A stretch of DNA of 64,000 bases, taken from the IMG/VR virus record IMGVR_UViG_3300027791_000009, positions 1 through 64,000 of that record. One strand, given 5' to 3'. This DNA is from a virus. The translations under genes and the position numbers were made by a program. Shown here piece by piece: positions 61,301 through 64,000 of this stretch; positions within the stretch are counted from its first letter, which is position 1; the number at the start of each line of letters is the position of its first letter. The notes under the pieces were generated by a model. That model searched no databases. It was not told where the DNA came from and saw only the letters and a program-made list of their open reading frames with translations.

Positions 61301-64000
61301 GTAGATAGTTATTCTGGTATTATTGATTACACAGCAATACCTAGTTATACTTCTGATACTTCAGGAGAAACTTATCAATTAAGAGACACATTAGACTTTA
61401 GACCTAGAGTAGATGACGCAAGTACAATTAACTCTGGTACACAAGATAGAACTTATCCTGCAACAGCTTCAATTGAAGTTGTTAAGTTTAAAACAAATGT
61501 GACCACAGACCACGAATTTTACAAAGGAAGAGTTGATAAACTATTCTTAAATAAAGAAGGTGCCTTTGAAGTACTTAAAGGTGCTGAAGCAAATGTACCA
61601 CAAGAGCCAGGTTCTATTGATAACGCAATGCACCTATACACTCTTTCTTTACCACCGTACACATTGTCACCAGATGATGTATCATACGAGACGGTAGAAA
61701 ATAGAAGATATACAATGAGAGATATTGGTGCTATTGATAAGAAGATTGATAGAATTGAATATTACACTCAATTGTCTCTATTAGAAACTGCGGCTCAATC
61801 TTTACAGATACAAGACGCTGATGGTTTCGATAGATTTAAAAATGGATTTGTTGTAGACAACTTTAACGGTCACGGTATCGGTGAAGTAACCAACGGTTCA
61901 TACAGATGTTCGATTGATTATGCAAAAGGCGAATTAAGACCTTTGTTTAACCAAGACGCTGTAAAACTAGAAGAGATTGACGAAGACGGTACAACATTAG
62001 TTGCTACTGACAGAGCGGCTGCAAACTATCAAAAGTCTGGTGATGTACTAACATTACCATTTACAGAAATAGATTTAATAAATCAACCTTTTGCTTCTAA
62101 AGCAATTAATGTTAACCCATTTGCAATTTTCAGTTGGATGGGAACAATAGATTTAACACCATCAAGTGATGAATGGAGAGAAACACAAAGAACTCCTGAT
62201 TTAGTAGTTAACTCAACTACAGGTGCGTGGGACCAATTACAAAGACAAAGTGGTATTACAGACCAAGATGAAATCTCACTTGGAACGGTATGGAATGAAT
62301 GGCAAACTAACTGGACTGGAAGAGCATTAACATCTTCAACTACAGCTTCAGGTGGAAGATTTATGCGTGGTCGTGCTATTGTACAAAGAACAGAAACTAC
62401 TTCTATCAACCAAGTTAACCAAAGTAGGTCAGGTATTACAACAACTGCCGTACCTCAAACGATAAGAACATCTATGGGAGATAGAGTTGTTAGTGTTGCA
62501 TTTGTACCATTTATCAGAAGCCGTGATGTTGCATTTAAAGCTACAAGATTAAAACCAAATACAAGAGTATTTCCATTCTTTGATAATGTAAATATTGCTA
62601 CTTATTGTACACCAGACGGTGGTTCAGTTGGTGGTAACTTAATTACTGACGGTGCTGGTGCTGTTGAAGGAGTATTCACAATACCGGATCCTAAAGTAAA
62701 TACAAATCCTAGATGGAGAACTGGAGAAAGAACATTTAGATTAACTTCTTCTTCTACTAACTCGCAAGACGCAGCTGCTGTTGCTACTGCGGCTAATGCT
62801 GAATATATTGCAAGAGGATTATTAAATACCGTTAGAGACACAATTGTTTCTACAAGAGAATTTAGAGGTGTACAACAAACGGTTACAGATTCACAAACCA
62901 TTTTACAAACATCTACAAGAGCAGGTACGCAAATTGTTGGTTGGGTTGATCCATTATCTCAAACATTTATGACAGATGAACCTGGTGGAGTATTCATATC
63001 TTCTGTTGATTTATTCTTTTCAACAAAAGACGCAAACATTCCTGTAACCGTTCAAATTAGAAATACGGTTAATGGTTATCCTGGAAGTAAATTATTACCA
63101 TTTGGTGAAGTTTCATTAAATCCAACTGCTGTAAATACAAGTACAGACGGTTCAGTTAAAACAACATTTACATTCCCTGCACCAATATACATACAAGATA
63201 AAGTTGAATATGCAATGACGGTATTGTCTAACTCAAATGATTACAATATGTATGTGGGTAGATTAGGAGAAACAAATATTGGTTCTAATAGAACAATATC
63301 TAAACAACCATATGCTGGTGTTATGTTCAAATCTCAAAACGGTTCAACTTGGACTGCTGAACAAAACGAAGATATGAAATTCACAATGAAAAGATGTGAG
63401 TTTAGTAATGTCGTAGGTACGGTTCACTTAGGAAGTAAAGAACTACCGGCACAAAATATTAAACAAAACGGATTAAGAACTACAAACGGTTCAGGTGTAA
63501 TTAGAGTTTTCTATTCAAATCACAATATGCACGATACTAATTCTGTGGTTACTATATCTGGTGTTCCTTCAGGAACTCTTAACGGTATTGCTTCGACAGA
63601 TATAAACGGAACATATACTTCTATTTCTAATATTACATTAGATAGTTTTGATATTACAACATCAGGAACTGCAAATACTGATGGTGATATCGGAGGCACA
63701 ACAATACTTGTTACCGGTAATAAACAATTTGATGTATTAAATCTAGGTGGTCTACAAACTATGACCGTTCCTGGTACAAACATTGAACCGTTTATTAGAA
63801 CAACATCTAGTAAGTCACTTCACGGTGCTCAAACACCATATTCATTAGTTTCTGAAAGTAATAGACAATCGGTTACATTAGTAGACGATATTTACTTTAC
63901 TGCGCCACAGGCTGTTATGTCTGGACCAAATGAAACAACTAGAATGGCAGGACAAAAATCTTTCTATACTATTATGAAATTATCAACGACAAATAATAAG
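58376..64000 (+). CDS. very large virion structural protein (VrlC/DUF4815-like), truncated by the window end
   Basis: MPSPTDFNLSPYYDDF...LFRP..AVQARELTQ.Q; FKNGFVVDNF; DPLSQTF; absent from the ORF track because no stop is reached in the window. Confidence 0.9.
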   Translation, partial: MPSPTDFNLSPYYDDFSEDKAFHRILFRPAFAVQARELTQSQTILQNQIEKMGNHIFEQGAQMIPGEITYDLQYYAIKLTSFTGTSNLTDFVGIEVTGQTSGVVAKVINSDVATSTDPATLYVKYTKTGTGNQTPDFVAGETILGVLNGSTNISGVVTSAETGSAASVASGTYYINGYAVNVSKQTIVLDKYTNTPSYRVGLTVTDSIVTPNLDVSLVDNAAGSSNANAPGAHRFKIDLTLSKLTTTSVEDSSFIELLRLEKGTLQNRVRTTEYSILEDTLARRTSDESGDYTIRPFDLDIREHLDDTAGNRGIFTAAAGGDANKLALGLSPGKAYVKGYEVDKIGTTFVPVEKPRSFGNENGFNTIFDVGNFLNVSNAYNSPDINFVTGKTEAFKGLQLKLASEAYTAGNIPTNVQNRVKDIGRAKSKGYEFNATTGAGISTASNISPSSSNIFKHYLFDVEMFSHIKIPTNVVFTNGETITGTTSGANGIKESVSTNTTSAIATSTAANPVVITMSADLEVSDGDAITIAGVATQTELNDIVFYVRQKVGGVAKREFELYNADDVAIDGTGHTGAGSGGTITTSCVVLSSVQGQFIPGETITGGTSSNTAVVKANVFGNQGFTHYGSSDVKEVTMAGSPVYTAQADLSATYGENKTLSGNISISASTSDVTGFNTQFLTELKVGDSVQFATTTGTILTRTVINIVNSSSIRLDSAISTTAVSNSLIIRRRGKLQDASKNISLFSLPYTTIKTLKTANNSGISDTSFIVRKTFVGSLSSTGDITITANTGETFVAQQEQDYSVTIMSAGGSSSAGTAGDKISTTGNNHEGNACFTLGGSPVGRSLTLDFGANHSDHEVKIIATISKSAQNEKSKNLVSNSTATITTSAAATANHISLGVADGYQLVSVKMAADFSTTPTASDTDITTRFTLDSGQRDNFYDIARLVRKEGSLAPSGQLLITFNYFTHGSGDFFSVDSYSGIIDYTAIPSYTSDTSGETYQLRDTLDFRPRVDDASTINSGTQDRTYPATASIEVVKFKTNVTTDHEFYKGRVDKLFLNKEGAFEVLKGAEANVPQEPGSIDNAMHLYTLSLPPYTLSPDDVSYETVENRRYTMRDIGAIDKKIDRIEYYTQLSLLETAAQSLQIQDADGFDRFKNGFVVDNFNGHGIGEVTNGSYRCSIDYAKGELRPLFNQDAVKLEEIDEDGTTLVATDRAAANYQKSGDVLTLPFTEIDLINQPFASKAINVNPFAIFSWMGTIDLTPSSDEWRETQRTPDLVVNSTTGAWDQLQRQSGITDQDEISLGTVWNEWQTNWTGRALTSSTTASGGRFMRGRAIVQRTETTSINQVNQSRSGITTTAVPQTIRTSMGDRVVSVAFVPFIRSRDVAFKATRLKPNTRVFPFFDNVNIATYCTPDGGSVGGNLITDGAGAVEGVFTIPDPKVNTNPRWRTGERTFRLTSSSTNSQDAAAVATAANAEYIARGLLNTVRDTIVSTREFRGVQQTVTDSQTILQTSTRAGTQIVGWVDPLSQTFMTDEPGGVFISSVDLFFSTKDANIPVTVQIRNTVNGYPGSKLLPFGEVSLNPTAVNTSTDGSVKTTFTFPAPIYIQDKVEYAMTVLSNSNDYNMYVGRLGETNIGSNRTISKQPYAGVMFKSQNGSTWTAEQNEDMKFTMKRCEFSNVVGTVHLGSKELPAQNIKQNGLRTTNGSGVIRVFYSNHNMHDTNSVVTISGVPSGTLNGIASTDINGTYTSISNITLDSFDITTSGTANTDGDIGGTTILVTGNKQFDVLNLGGLQTMTVPGTNIEPFIRTTSSKSLHGAQTPYSLVSESNRQSVTLVDDIYFTAPQAVMSGPNETTRMAGQKSFYTIMKLSTTNNK

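Noticed and set aside
1634-63783. Numerous minus-strand ORFs in the track (e.g. 1873-2217, 4121-4759, 8780-9523, 38929-39381, 51230-51670, 62083-63783)
   Set aside because: Antisense shadows of well-supported plus-strand genes, with no RBS, promoter or recognisable motifs
55240-64000. Diversity-generating retroelement or invertible segment in fibre genes
   Set aside because: No reverse transcriptase, recombinase or near-identical template/variable repeat pair seen; the internal repeats are diverged protein repeats

Overview
A 64-kb segment of an AT-rich T4-like (myovirus) phage genome. It is most consistent with marine pelagimyophage-type phages of streamlined bacteria, inferred from the T4 core gene set, an alphaproteobacterial-type two-piece tmRNA and a glutamine riboswitch. 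In order it holds: putative head/internal proteins (1-4.7 kb); spanins plus a late membrane/secreted-protein cassette (4.7-10.7 kb); primase, nrdA, nrdB and a RuvC-like gene; a long early/middle region of small genes under sigma70-type promoters (lipoproteins, glutaredoxin, RNase H, SprT, two peptidoglycan hydrolases, DenV-like, ferritin-like, exonuclease); tmRNA; gp33-gp59-gp32; a tail/baseplate module (gp2, 54, 26, 51, tape measure, 4, 48, 53, 27, 5) interrupted by an island (repeat-rich non-coding DNA, glnA riboswitch, IscA, NfuA, 2OG-Fe oxygenase); then PAAR, gp25, 6, 7, 9/10-like, 8 and a VrlC-like gene running off the end. The most notable observations are: (1) a probable programmed -1 frameshift joining gp26 to gp51, analogous to lambda G/GT; (2) apparent avoidance of GATC and GATGC except in a GGAT context, plus avoidance of ACWGT, suggesting a GGAT-specific DNA modification; (3) a probable UGA read-through extension of an M15A peptidase; (4) two late cassettes pairing a disulfide-closed beta-hairpin secreted protein with TM/coiled-coil partners; (5) helically phased repeats and an A-tract-poor zone around gp5. 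All annotation is by eye from motifs and synteny; no database searches or counts by program were run.
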